Source: a virus
Length of the DNA: 64,000 nt
IMG/VR virus record: IMGVR_UViG_3300030099_006908
Coordinates: 30,846-94,845 of that record
Reading direction: 5' to 3' (one strand)
A program made the position numbers and the translations under genes. Under the pieces are notes generated by a model. The model had not been told where the DNA came from, ran no database searches, and saw only the letters and a program-made list of their open reading frames with translations. Below, piece after piece: positions 49,741 to 58,683 of the stretch. Within the stretch, counting starts at the first letter, position 1. Every line of letters starts with the position of its first letter.

Positions 49741-50432
49741 AAAGAAGATTAGCTGTAATTCCAGCAAGAAGCGGAAGTAAAAGGTTTCCAGGAAAAAATT
49801 GGGCAAAACTAGGAGAATACCCTCTGTGGCAGTGGAGCGTTGATGTTGCCTCTGTTGCTTTTGAAACCACTGTCTTCACAACAGACTCAGAAAATCTTCT
49901 GTACGATGTTGTAAATAAAGAAGGAAGTTTTGTAGCAGGCCTACTAAGACCCAAAGAGCTGTCCTCAGACACCTCAAAGGTAATAGATACAGTAAATTGG
50001 ATTTATGATATATACGACAAAAGTCCAAGTAAGCCCGACGAAATTTGGCTGCTTCTTCCAACGTGCCCATTAAGGAGTCTTAAAGACGCAGTTGATGCTC
50101 AAGACAAATTAAGCGCCAACAATGACTGCGATGGAATAATTAGCATTACGGACTATGAGTTTCCACCTCAACTTGGATTGACGCATGAGGGTGAACAGAT
50201 AAGGGACTGGCATGAAAGTAAGCCTTGGCAGTCTGGAAACACTAGAAGCCAGGACCATGAAAAAATATACAGACCAAACGGAGCGCTTTACGGAATGAAG
50301 TGGGAGGCATTTAGACAAAACAGAAATTTCTATAAAGGAAAAATATGCAGTTACTATATGCCCAGAGAGCGTTCAGTTGATATAGATAATGAAATTGACC
50401 TTAAATTAGCAGAGGCGTTAATCAATGAATAA
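49737..50432 (+). CDS. neuA: CMP-nonulosonate synthetase (acylneuraminate cytidylyltransferase)
   Basis: IPARSGSKRFPGKN, LRPKELSSD, LLPTCPLR, RSQD, NGALY, SVDIDNEID. Confidence 0.9.
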   Translation: MKRRLAVIPARSGSKRFPGKNWAKLGEYPLWQWSVDVASVAFETTVFTTDSENLLYDVVNKEGSFVAGLLRPKELSSDTSKVIDTVNWIYDIYDKSPSKPDEIWLLLPTCPLRSLKDAVDAQDKLSANNDCDGIISITDYEFPPQLGLTHEGEQIRDWHESKPWQSGNTRSQDHEKIYRPNGALYGMKWEAFRQNRNFYKGKICSYYMPRERSVDIDNEIDLKLAEALINE

Positions 50433-51081
50433 CACAGCAGTTGACAGCGATGTTATAAAGACAATAAAAGATGTCGGCCTTTACATATATCCTGAGCTTA
50501 TTGATGCAGATATTGTTAAAAGGCTGAAATCTCAAACCCTGTCTCTTCTCGATGAGCGAGGAGACAAAAACTATAAGTTTGGAACAGCAATAAATATGGG
50601 CGGTCTAAACGAACAGGACGGGGATATTAGAAAGTTTTTTGATACTGATTACTTCAACAGTGTGGCGCGACAATACGGCAAGAGAGAAGCTAGGGCGGTT
50701 ATGGCCACGCACGACTATCAAAACGATAATGGCACAGACAGAAACGGCTTTCTTCATTTTGATAGAACGCATACATTCAAATTCTTTTTATATTTGACTG
50801 ATTGCGATGAATATAGCGGGGCGTTTAGATATGTTCCTGGTTCTAGGAAACTAGGTGAAACTTTAAGAACACAGGCAACCGTTGATGCTGGGGGAGACTA
50901 TAAAACAATAGCTAACAGATTAGAGTTAGATTATTTAGATTTAAACTATACCGCAGAGGATGCAGAGCCTCTTGAGGGTAAAGCTGGAACTTTATTTGCT
51001 TTTGACACAGACACCTTTCATATGGGTGGTGTGGTACAAGATGGAAAAGAAAGGATTGTAATTAGGTCGCATTATGTCTAA
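50425..51081 (+). CDS. PhyH-like 2-oxoglutarate/Fe(II) dioxygenase
   Basis: LHFD, FLYLTD..GAFRYVPGS, FDTDTFHMGG..R. Confidence 0.82.
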   Translation: MNNTAVDSDVIKTIKDVGLYIYPELIDADIVKRLKSQTLSLLDERGDKNYKFGTAINMGGLNEQDGDIRKFFDTDYFNSVARQYGKREARAVMATHDYQNDNGTDRNGFLHFDRTHTFKFFLYLTDCDEYSGAFRYVPGSRKLGETLRTQATVDAGGDYKTIANRLELDYLDLNYTAEDAEPLEGKAGTLFAFDTDTFHMGGVVQDGKERIVIRSHYV

Positions 51082-52249
51082 GATAAAATTTTTAGATTTG
51101 GGCACACAGCCCATTGCAAACGGGTTTTTAAAAGAATCAGACCTGGGTAAAGATGAGTATACATTCAATTTATCTGTTGGTATATGTAGTGAGACGTTTT
51201 TAGTTTCTCTTATGGATTTTGTAGACCCGCCAAAGATGTTTAATGAAAGCTATCCATTCCACACATCCGCTTCTCCAGTGATGGAGTCTCATTTTAAAAG
51301 AACCTCTAATTTGCTGTCAAAATTAAATCCAAGCAAGGTTATGGAGATAGGAAGTAATGACGGCGCGTTCTTAAAAAACTTTCATCCATCTAAGGCTATA
51401 TCAGTAGAACCATGCTCTAATTTTGCTAGACATACACAAGAACTTGGGTATACAACCTATGATGAGTTTTGGACCCAAGAACTTGCAGACCGCGTATGTT
51501 CATCTAATGGAAAGCAAGACTTAATATTCTCTGCGAATTGCATGTGCCATATACCTGACATAGAAGGTGCGTTTAAAGCCGTAGCCTCCTGCCTAGACAA
51601 AGACGGGGTTTTTGTTTTTGAAGACCCGTCACTGGTGTTTATGCTTATGAGAAACTCGTATGACCAAATATACGATGAACACGCACACATATTCTCCCTA
51701 CATTCTTTGTCTATAATGCTTAAAAGGGCCGGTCTAAAGATATGGAAGGTCGATGTTCTTGAGAATGTGCATGGAGGCTCTTGCAGGGTTTATGCCGTTC
51801 ATGAAAACAACCCCGTAAAAAAGGTTGATTCCACCCTAATGAAATTTGAGAGAATTTGCGGAATAAACAAGAGTGGTTTTGAAATATACTACTCATTCGC
51901 TAGGAACGTACAGAAAAGCAAAGAGGCTCTTGTTGACGCTCTATCTGCTTTAAAAGACAGAGGCAAGAAGGTCATTAGCTTTGGCGCAACTTCCAAGTCT
52001 ACCACAGTATTTAATTATTGCGGAATTGGAAATGAGTTAATAGACTATATAACTGATAGGACAGACGATAAAATTGGAAAATTCTCTCCTGGAAAGCATA
52101 TACCGATTATAGAAGAAGGAGTAGGGTTTGATGATTCTGTTGACGCTGCATTTCTTGGCGCGTGGAATTATAAAGACGCGATACTTACGAAGTATTCAGA
52201 TTTTAAAGGCTCTTGGATTACTCACGTTCCAGAGGTTTCTGTAATATGA
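51074..52249 (+). CDS. NDP-sugar C-methyltransferase
   Basis: LDLGTQPIANGF, EIGSNDG, YDQIYDEH, HGGS.R, GATSKSTT..NYCG, K.GKFSPG.HIPI, AWNY. Confidence 0.88.
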   Translation: MSKIKFLDLGTQPIANGFLKESDLGKDEYTFNLSVGICSETFLVSLMDFVDPPKMFNESYPFHTSASPVMESHFKRTSNLLSKLNPSKVMEIGSNDGAFLKNFHPSKAISVEPCSNFARHTQELGYTTYDEFWTQELADRVCSSNGKQDLIFSANCMCHIPDIEGAFKAVASCLDKDGVFVFEDPSLVFMLMRNSYDQIYDEHAHIFSLHSLSIMLKRAGLKIWKVDVLENVHGGSCRVYAVHENNPVKKVDSTLMKFERICGINKSGFEIYYSFARNVQKSKEALVDALSALKDRGKKVISFGATSKSTTVFNYCGIGNELIDYITDRTDDKIGKFSPGKHIPIIEEGVGFDDSVDAAFLGAWNYKDAILTKYSDFKGSWITHVPEVSVI

Positions 52250-53148
52250 AAATTTTAGTTACGGGCGGTCTTGGGCACATAGGCTCTTATATTATAAGAA
52301 CTTCGTTTGCAGAGAATGGAATTTCTGTTGTGGATGACTTATCTACCAACAGGTATTGTTCTTTGATGAATCTTCCATACCCTATTGATTTTATAAATGA
52401 CGGCTTTGAGAATCTAAGCGAAGAGTTTTTAAAAAAGTTTGACGTTGTTCTTCATCTTGCTGCCGTGACAGACGCGGCCAGAGGTGACTCTGAAAGCATT
52501 GAAAAAATCAATGTTGGACACACAAGAGACTTTATAAAAAAATTAGCTTCTATAGACAGTTCGCCTTTGTTTATATTTCCCTCATCAACAAGCGTTTATG
52601 GTACAGCTTCCGATATTGTTAAGGAAGATGACGAGAGCGTTTTAAAGCCACAAAGCTACTACGCTTCGTCTAAACTGGTTATAGAAAACTTTCTTAGAGA
52701 AAATTACCCTAGACACTTGATTCTCAGATTTGGAACAATATTTGGGGCAACTCCAGGCATGAGATTTCATACAGCGATTAATCACTTCTGCTGGGCCGCT
52801 TCGATGAAACAGCCCCTAGAAGTTTGGGAGCAAAACTATCACTACCACAGGCCATATCTTGACGTAAGAGACGCAGAAAGGTCAATTTCTCATCTTCTTT
52901 ACAAAGGCGTGGAAAGTCAAACATATAATGTACTTAGCGACAACTACAAATGTAGTGATATTATAAAAATAATAAAAGCTTACGTTCCCGACCTTGAAGT
53001 AAATATGGTCAAGACACCCCTTCTTAACCAGTTCTCCTACCTTGTAGACGACAGCAAGCTCAGTGCAACCGGGATAAATTTAAACGGAAGCATAAAACGA
53101 GGAATAAAAGAAACATTGGGATTACTTAAATGCGTAAAAAGATTTTAA
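52246..53148 (+). CDS. NAD-dependent sugar epimerase/dehydratase (extended SDR)
   Basis: ILVTGGLGHIG, SSTSVYG, YASSK, RFGTIFG. Confidence 0.85.
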   Translation: MKILVTGGLGHIGSYIIRTSFAENGISVVDDLSTNRYCSLMNLPYPIDFINDGFENLSEEFLKKFDVVLHLAAVTDAARGDSESIEKINVGHTRDFIKKLASIDSSPLFIFPSSTSVYGTASDIVKEDDESVLKPQSYYASSKLVIENFLRENYPRHLILRFGTIFGATPGMRFHTAINHFCWAASMKQPLEVWEQNYHYHRPYLDVRDAERSISHLLYKGVESQTYNVLSDNYKCSDIIKIIKAYVPDLEVNMVKTPLLNQFSYLVDDSKLSATGINLNGSIKRGIKETLGLLKCVKRF

Positions 53149-53843
53149 TTTCTGGCGGCTTAGGAAAGTTTGCAAAGCAATTATTAATTCAGGGTTCTGA
53201 GAACTTTGAAATATTCGCTCCTCCTAGAAAGGAAATGGATGTAAAAAATCCTCGTCAGATTTATTCTAAAATAATATCATGCAATCCAGACTATTTTGTT
53301 CATGCTGCGGCGATGACAAGACCGATGAAAAACCATGAGCTTGCACCAATGAAAAGCATGAAAATAAATATTGAAGGAACTTGTAATGTTGTTGATGCTT
53401 GCCACACAACAGGTATAAAGCTAATATATATATCAACAGATTATGTATACCCTGGAAAAGATGGCGACTATTCAGAGAAGGACGGCGTGCTTCCTTTCAC
53501 TAAATATGGATGGTCAAAACTTGGTGGGGAATGTGCCGTAAGAATGTACGATAATTCTCTTATACTAAGAATAGCTATGTGTGAAAAACCTTTCCCGCAT
53601 CCAGGAGCAATGATTGATGTGAAAAAAAGTTCTATTTTTAGTGATGAAGCTGCAAAAATTACTTTACAATTGCTAGGCGAGTTTGGTATAATAAATATTG
53701 GAGGACCGAATCAATCCATATACGATTTTGTAAGTTTGCATCAAAAGGTGAGCCCTATGACGAGGAATAGCGCGGACTCTACAATGATGCCTGACGTAAG
53801 TATGAACACGGATAAGCTAAATGAGATTTCACGAAGACGATAG
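53130..53843 (+). CDS. RmlD-like NDP-4-ketosugar reductase
   Basis: ISGGLGKFA, HAAA, YISTDYVY.G, YGWSKLGGE. Confidence 0.8.
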   Translation: MRKKILISGGLGKFAKQLLIQGSENFEIFAPPRKEMDVKNPRQIYSKIISCNPDYFVHAAAMTRPMKNHELAPMKSMKINIEGTCNVVDACHTTGIKLIYISTDYVYPGKDGDYSEKDGVLPFTKYGWSKLGGECAVRMYDNSLILRIAMCEKPFPHPGAMIDVKKSSIFSDEAAKITLQLLGEFGIINIGGPNQSIYDFVSLHQKVSPMTRNSADSTMMPDVSMNTDKLNEISRRR

Positions 53844-54204
53844 AGCGCAAAGATTTTGCGACATATTTCCAGAAGCCGGTGGACAAACAATGGTGTCTAG
53901 GATAAGAACCCCTGGTCATGTTGTGGCTTGGCACAGGCACAAAATACAGCACGACTATTGGTGTTGCTTGCAAGGTTCTTTTAAGGTTGGTCTCGCAAAA
54001 GAAAACGGAGACTTTGAATTCGTATATCTCTCTGACAAGCAGCCGAGAACCATACATATACCTCCGGGGATATATCATGGATATATGGCGCTAGAACCAA
54101 ATTCTATTTTATTGTATTACATGGACCAAGCATACGACCCATCAGACGAATATAGGGCTGAGGTAGGTTATTTCGGTGATGATTGGGGAATACCAAATAA
54201 ATGA
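53821..54204 (+). CDS. RmlC-like cupin sugar 3,5-epimerase
   Basis: HEDDR, AWHRH..Q.D, IPPGIYHGY, YDPSDE. Confidence 0.78.
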   Translation: MRFHEDDRAQRFCDIFPEAGGQTMVSRIRTPGHVVAWHRHKIQHDYWCCLQGSFKVGLAKENGDFEFVYLSDKQPRTIHIPPGIYHGYMALEPNSILLYYMDQAYDPSDEYRAEVGYFGDDWGIPNK

Positions 54205-55226
54205 GATTATTTAAAAAAAATAAAAAATTAAAACTATTCAACATAAATGACTATGTAATAGATACATCTAAATTTAATCACCTCTTACATGGCAGTGTTG
54301 AGGAAGAGCTTGAAGATAGATTCGCTGAATATGTGGGAGCTAAATACGCATGTGTTGCAAGCAGCGCAAGCAATCTGATTTATCTTTCAATGATAAGCAT
54401 TCTAGGGATACCTGAAGAAATACTAAAGAAAAATCCAGTAAAAATACCCAGCATGATACCGATTGTGGTTCCAAATATCATACACAACATCGGAGTTCCG
54501 TGCTGCTGGACAAATGATTGTGATTGGGTTGGCTCTGCTTACACTCTTTATGATACCGAAAAAGCGTTTGAAGAAATGAGTCTCGAAAGCGACCAAGAAT
54601 ATAACGCTTTTAAAATAATAGACTCTGCACAAGAAGTTACAAAAAATCAATTCTCTGAACAGGCTGAGGACGGAGACTTGATGATATTTAGCCTGTATCC
54701 TACAAAGCCTGTGGGAGGGATGGACGGAGGAATAATTGTTTCAAATAGCAAAGCAAAAATAGATTGGTTCCGCACAGCGAGCCACCTCGGAATATCCAAC
54801 GTAGAAATGAGTGCGGGAAGCTGGCAAAGAACCCTTGCCTTTCCAGGGTGGAAAATGCACCCAAATTCATCACAGTGCTATGTGGCTCTTGAGAATCTAA
54901 AAAAACTAGATGCTAAAAATAAGAGGCTGTCGCATATACGAGAAAAATATAATGAAGCCTTTTCTCTTAAAAATAATAGCTGTCACCTTTATCGCATAGA
55001 GGTAGAAGATAGGGATAGATTCTCAAAAAAGATGAGAGAATCAAATATAGAAACGGGAATACATTATTTACCGGCACACATGTACTCTTTTTATGATATA
55101 AAAATTGTAGAAGATATGTCAGAGACAGAACTAAAGTCGATGTCCACTGTAAGTATACCGTTCAATGAGTCTCTTACAGAAAGAAATGTTGATTTTATAA
55201 TAAGAAAGATTAAAGAAGTATTATGA
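54201..55226 (+). CDS. DegT/DnrJ/EryC1/StrS sugar aminotransferase
   Basis: EDRFAEYVGAKYA, IDSAQ, FSLYPTKPVGGMDGG, HLY, GIHY, SIP. Confidence 0.85.
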   Translation: MRLFKKNKKLKLFNINDYVIDTSKFNHLLHGSVEEELEDRFAEYVGAKYACVASSASNLIYLSMISILGIPEEILKKNPVKIPSMIPIVVPNIIHNIGVPCCWTNDCDWVGSAYTLYDTEKAFEEMSLESDQEYNAFKIIDSAQEVTKNQFSEQAEDGDLMIFSLYPTKPVGGMDGGIIVSNSKAKIDWFRTASHLGISNVEMSAGSWQRTLAFPGWKMHPNSSQCYVALENLKKLDAKNKRLSHIREKYNEAFSLKNNSCHLYRIEVEDRDRFSKKMRESNIETGIHYLPAHMYSFYDIKIVEDMSETELKSMSTVSIPFNESLTERNVDFIIRKIKEVL

Positions 55227-56137
55227 AAATAATGACAACGGGAGGCAGGGGTTTTATTGGGAGCCACTTTGTTGAAAAGATTCTTGGGATGAACAATGTT
55301 TCTTCGGTAATAGACTATGACTGCATGACTTATGCGGCAAGCAAGTCCCTTCCATTTGACAGCAATCCTAAGTATGAACACGTAAATGAAAATATACAAG
55401 ACATACAAAGGCTTCCTCCGAATATAGATTATATCGTTAATTTTGCTGCAGAAAGTCATGTAGATAATTCTATAGCCTCTCCATCAATTTTTATAGAGAG
55501 TAATGTTTTAGGTGTTTATAATTTGCTGGAGCTTATACGAGGAAAAGTTTATTCAAGGCCTCAGCTTATACATATTAGCACAGATGAGGTTTATGGAGAC
55601 GCAGACGACGGAGACAATCATTTTGACGAAAACCACAAGCTAACTCCCAGCAACCCATATGCTGGCTCAAAGGCTGCGGCAGAAATGATGATTATGTCCT
55701 ATGGCAGAACTTTTGGGATAGACTATAAGATAACAAGAAGCACAAATAATTATGGGCCAAGGCAGTATCCAGAAAAGCTAATACCAAAGTGTATAGATTC
55801 AATCAGCTCCGGTAAAAAAATACCTTTGCATGGAGATGGCAGCTATGTTAGAGACTGGATTCATGTTAGGGATAACGTAGACGGAATATGGTATGTTATC
55901 GAATACGGAGAAAACAGAAACGTATACAATATAAGTGGCGACAACCCTTTGTCTAATATCGAGGTTGTTAAGAAAGTTTGTTCTTGGTTTGGAATAGAGG
56001 ACTACGAAAGCCATGTTGAATTTGTGGAGAATAGGCTAGGTCAAGATGCAAGATATTCAATCAATAGCGTAAAAGCAGAGAACTTGGGATGGTCAAGAAA
56101 GTTTGGAAAGGGATTAACTAACTATGTTAAACATTAA
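55223..56137 (+). CDS. rmlB: dTDP-glucose 4,6-dehydratase
   Basis: TGGRGFIGSHF, NFAAESHVDNSI, HISTDEVYG, PYAGSKA, NNYGPRQYPEKLIP, RDWIHV. Confidence 0.92.
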   Translation: MKIMTTGGRGFIGSHFVEKILGMNNVSSVIDYDCMTYAASKSLPFDSNPKYEHVNENIQDIQRLPPNIDYIVNFAAESHVDNSIASPSIFIESNVLGVYNLLELIRGKVYSRPQLIHISTDEVYGDADDGDNHFDENHKLTPSNPYAGSKAAAEMMIMSYGRTFGIDYKITRSTNNYGPRQYPEKLIPKCIDSISSGKKIPLHGDGSYVRDWIHVRDNVDGIWYVIEYGENRNVYNISGDNPLSNIEVVKKVCSWFGIEDYESHVEFVENRLGQDARYSINSVKAENLGWSRKFGKGLTNYVKH

Positions 56138-56507
56138 TAAAGACGAAAGAGGAAATCTAATATCAATTAACGACTTAATTACAAGCGTCCCCTTTACTGT
56201 AAAGAGATTTATGGATATAAGCAATGTGCCAAATGGTCAGACTAGGGGTTATCACGCACACAAAACCAATAAACAATTTCTTTTGTGCTTTAGTGGCCGG
56301 GTTGTGGTTAGAACCGTAGCTAAAGATGAACAGGGTGTTCTTGTAGATGAGTCTCATGAATTAAATGAGGGTGATTTTTTATACATGCCAGAAATGACAT
56401 GGGGGGAACAAACATATTACGATAATGCCGTCTTGCATGTTCTGTGTTCAAAAAAATATGACGAGGAAGATTATGTTAGAGACTACAACGAATTTAAAAA
56501 GCTTTAG
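56124..56507 (+). CDS. fdtA: FdtA/QdtA-type dTDP-4-keto-6-deoxyglucose 3,4-ketoisomerase
   Basis: DERGNL, PFTVKR, RGYHAH, YDEEDYVRDY. Confidence 0.82.
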   Translation: MLNINKDERGNLISINDLITSVPFTVKRFMDISNVPNGQTRGYHAHKTNKQFLLCFSGRVVVRTVAKDEQGVLVDESHELNEGDFLYMPEMTWGEQTYYDNAVLHVLCSKKYDEEDYVRDYNEFKKL

Positions 56508-56958
56508 TGTGCTTGTTTCTGACACTGGGGCTAGTCAGCTTTCCTTTTGTGTAATAAGCGAAATAAACAATCTGCCAGCTATTTGCCCAAACATAGACGG
56601 AATAGTGTTTTATGAAAACAAACATAAAAACTGTTTACCGGCAAATTTTTCTGTCATGCACATATCGTCTGCATGGGGAATGTCTGGTCCGGTGATTGCC
56701 ACCTCTTTTTCTACGGCCTATAAGCTTTTAAATTTTCCTTCAAGCAAAAAATTCTTCTATGTGTGGAATTTAGAGTGGATTACTGGAAATGATATAAAGC
56801 AGTACGAGAGATATAAAAAGGTATATCAAGACACATCCTTGAGTCTTATTGCCAGAAGCGAACCTCATAAAAAAATAATAGAAAATGCATTTAACAGAGA
56901 TGTTGAGCATGTCGTTTCAGACTTTAATATGTCAGAAATTTTGGAGATTATAAAATGA
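56473..56958 (+). CDS. Hypothetical protein, possible GT-B N-terminal half
   Basis: VIATS..TA, FYVWNLEW, IARS..H. Confidence 0.4.
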   Translation: MLETTTNLKSFSVLVSDTGASQLSFCVISEINNLPAICPNIDGIVFYENKHKNCLPANFSVMHISSAWGMSGPVIATSFSTAYKLLNFPSSKKFFYVWNLEWITGNDIKQYERYKKVYQDTSLSLIARSEPHKKIIENAFNRDVEHVVSDFNMSEILEIIK

Positions 56959-57734
56959 AAAAGCTCGAAGACAAGAACTGGTGCCATACCCAATACTGGG
57001 ATAAAGAAAGAAGCATTGGTGATATAGCAAAAGAACTTGATACATATCCAAATAAGGTTAGAAGGGCGCTAAAATCGCATGGGATTAAACTTAGGGATAA
57101 GGGGTCTGCGCAGGCGGTGGCTTTAAAAAAGGGCCGCAGCAGCCATCCTACGAAAGATAAGGGGCATTCTGAGGAGTCTAAGCTAAAGATATCTGAGTCT
57201 GTGGCTCAAAACTGGGAAAACTTGTCATATGAGGAGCTTGAGGCAAGGAGGGAGACGGCTAGAGAACAGTGGCGAAATATGTCGGAAGAAGATAAAATTA
57301 AGCTTAGAGAATCTGCTGTTCCAGGGATAAAAAGGGCTTCCACTGAGGGTTCTAAGCTTGAAAAATACATACAAAATCAATTGACAAAATCTGGTTATGT
57401 GATAGAATATCATAAGAAGGGGATTGTACCGAACGCCAATCTAGAGGTGGATATATATCTCCCAGAGCTTGGCACGGCGATAGAAATCGATGGTCCTTCG
57501 CACTTTTTACCAATTTGGGGACAAGAGGCCTTAAATAAAACGATAAAGTCAGACAATGAAAAAAATGGACTTTTAAGATATCATGGAATTATGGTGATAA
57601 GAGTTTCTCAGAAGAGAAAAACTTTGTCTCAAAAATCCATGAGAGATACATGGTCCGCAATAGAAAAAGAAATTAAAGATATATCTATAAAAATGCCAGC
57701 TAAAAATAAAAGATTTAAAGAAATAGAGGTTTGA
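56955..57734 (+). CDS. Homing-endonuclease-like protein (HTH, NUMOD3-like, DUF559/Vsr-like nuclease)
   Basis: SIGDIAKELDTYPNKVRRAL, GHSEESKLKISES, EVDIYLPE..IEIDGPSH..D..KN. Confidence 0.7.
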   Translation: MKKLEDKNWCHTQYWDKERSIGDIAKELDTYPNKVRRALKSHGIKLRDKGSAQAVALKKGRSSHPTKDKGHSEESKLKISESVAQNWENLSYEELEARRETAREQWRNMSEEDKIKLRESAVPGIKRASTEGSKLEKYIQNQLTKSGYVIEYHKKGIVPNANLEVDIYLPELGTAIEIDGPSHFLPIWGQEALNKTIKSDNEKNGLLRYHGIMVIRVSQKRKTLSQKSMRDTWSAIEKEIKDISIKMPAKNKRFKEIEV

Positions 57735-57738
57735 TTTT

Positions 57739-58683
57739 ATGATGACTAAACACGGATACGAAGACGTAAGCGTTAAAGATATTAGAGAAGAGCTTATTTC
57801 TCTGGGCGTGGAGGACCAAGAGATTTTATCTCAAAGCAAAAAGCCTCTTGTTCAGCTATTGATTGAAACTAAAGAGAAAAAAGCAAATGAATTGTTTGAA
57901 TTTGATAGCGAAGAGGAAGATATTTTATCTGCTGTAGACACTGACGCCCTATCTAGCTCTTTAGAGCTTGTTCAGCCTTCTTTTAATACTGAAAAATGGT
58001 CTGAGTGGGTTATGTCTCAGTTTGCGGACGATGAGCTAGAAAATGGGGCTCCGACTTGTGATGGTCTTCGTAGGGTTGCAGAAGATGTGATTGGGCCGAT
58101 AGCTAAAGTAGAGGTTATAAAAAATGATACTCCAACCGTGTCAAATAAAGGGAACGCGACAGTCGTTGTTGGAGTGACAATTGAGCCTGTGTTGCTGGAC
58201 AGTCACCCAAGGCATGGGTCTTATATATATGTTGAAGACTTGGCTGATGCAAATAGATTAAATACTCCGGAAGAAATATTTAAGCACCCTTCCGCAACTG
58301 CTGGAACTAGAGCAGAGTCAAGAGTTTACAGAAAGATGCTTAGACTAAGAAAGGTTCTGACAGCAGAGGAGTTGGCTTCTAATGAAAGCACGTTGGAGGA
58401 AGAATGGTCTCCGTCTACTCCTATTACAGAGCAGCAAATAACTGTCATAGAGATGTTATGCAAGAGAACAAATCTAAATGTTTTAGAATTTATAAATTGC
58501 GGAGATTTGAAATATGTTTGCATAGAGCAGGTTTCTGAACAGTCTGCGCAAAAGATGCTTCAGCATTTAAATAGAATACAAAGAAAAGATGCTCCTAGAC
58601 CAGATGGGGTTGGGGTGTATGATGAAAACTGGAAGGTTAAAAACGATGACACAAGAGAAGAAAATTTTAGCAAAAGAGTATAG
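57739..58683 (+). CDS. Probable single-strand annealing protein (Rad52/Erf-like)
   Basis: GLRRVAE, ATAGTRAESRVYRKML, C-terminal PITEQQI..I helical motif; sits next to an SSB-like gene. Confidence 0.45.
   Translation: MMTKHGYEDVSVKDIREELISLGVEDQEILSQSKKPLVQLLIETKEKKANELFEFDSEEEDILSAVDTDALSSSLELVQPSFNTEKWSEWVMSQFADDELENGAPTCDGLRRVAEDVIGPIAKVEVIKNDTPTVSNKGNATVVVGVTIEPVLLDSHPRHGSYIYVEDLADANRLNTPEEIFKHPSATAGTRAESRVYRKMLRLRKVLTAEELASNESTLEEEWSPSTPITEQQITVIEMLCKRTNLNVLEFINCGDLKYVCIEQVSEQSAQKMLQHLNRIQRKDAPRPDGVGVYDENWKVKNDDTREENFSKRV

Noticed and set aside
507-55459. Many short antisense and alternate-frame ORFs in the ORF track
   Set aside because: They lie within well-supported genes and show no recognisable motifs; treated as shadow ORFs
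28414-56958. Bacterial O-antigen/capsule locus or chimeric assembly
   Set aside because: Continuous with phage genes on both sides, same apparent GATC avoidance, no export genes; read-level checking is still advisable
17742-58620. Additional GGTGTA hexamers at 17742 and 58614 (and others inside genes)
   Set aside because: They fall within coding sequence and could be chance; not counted as promoters
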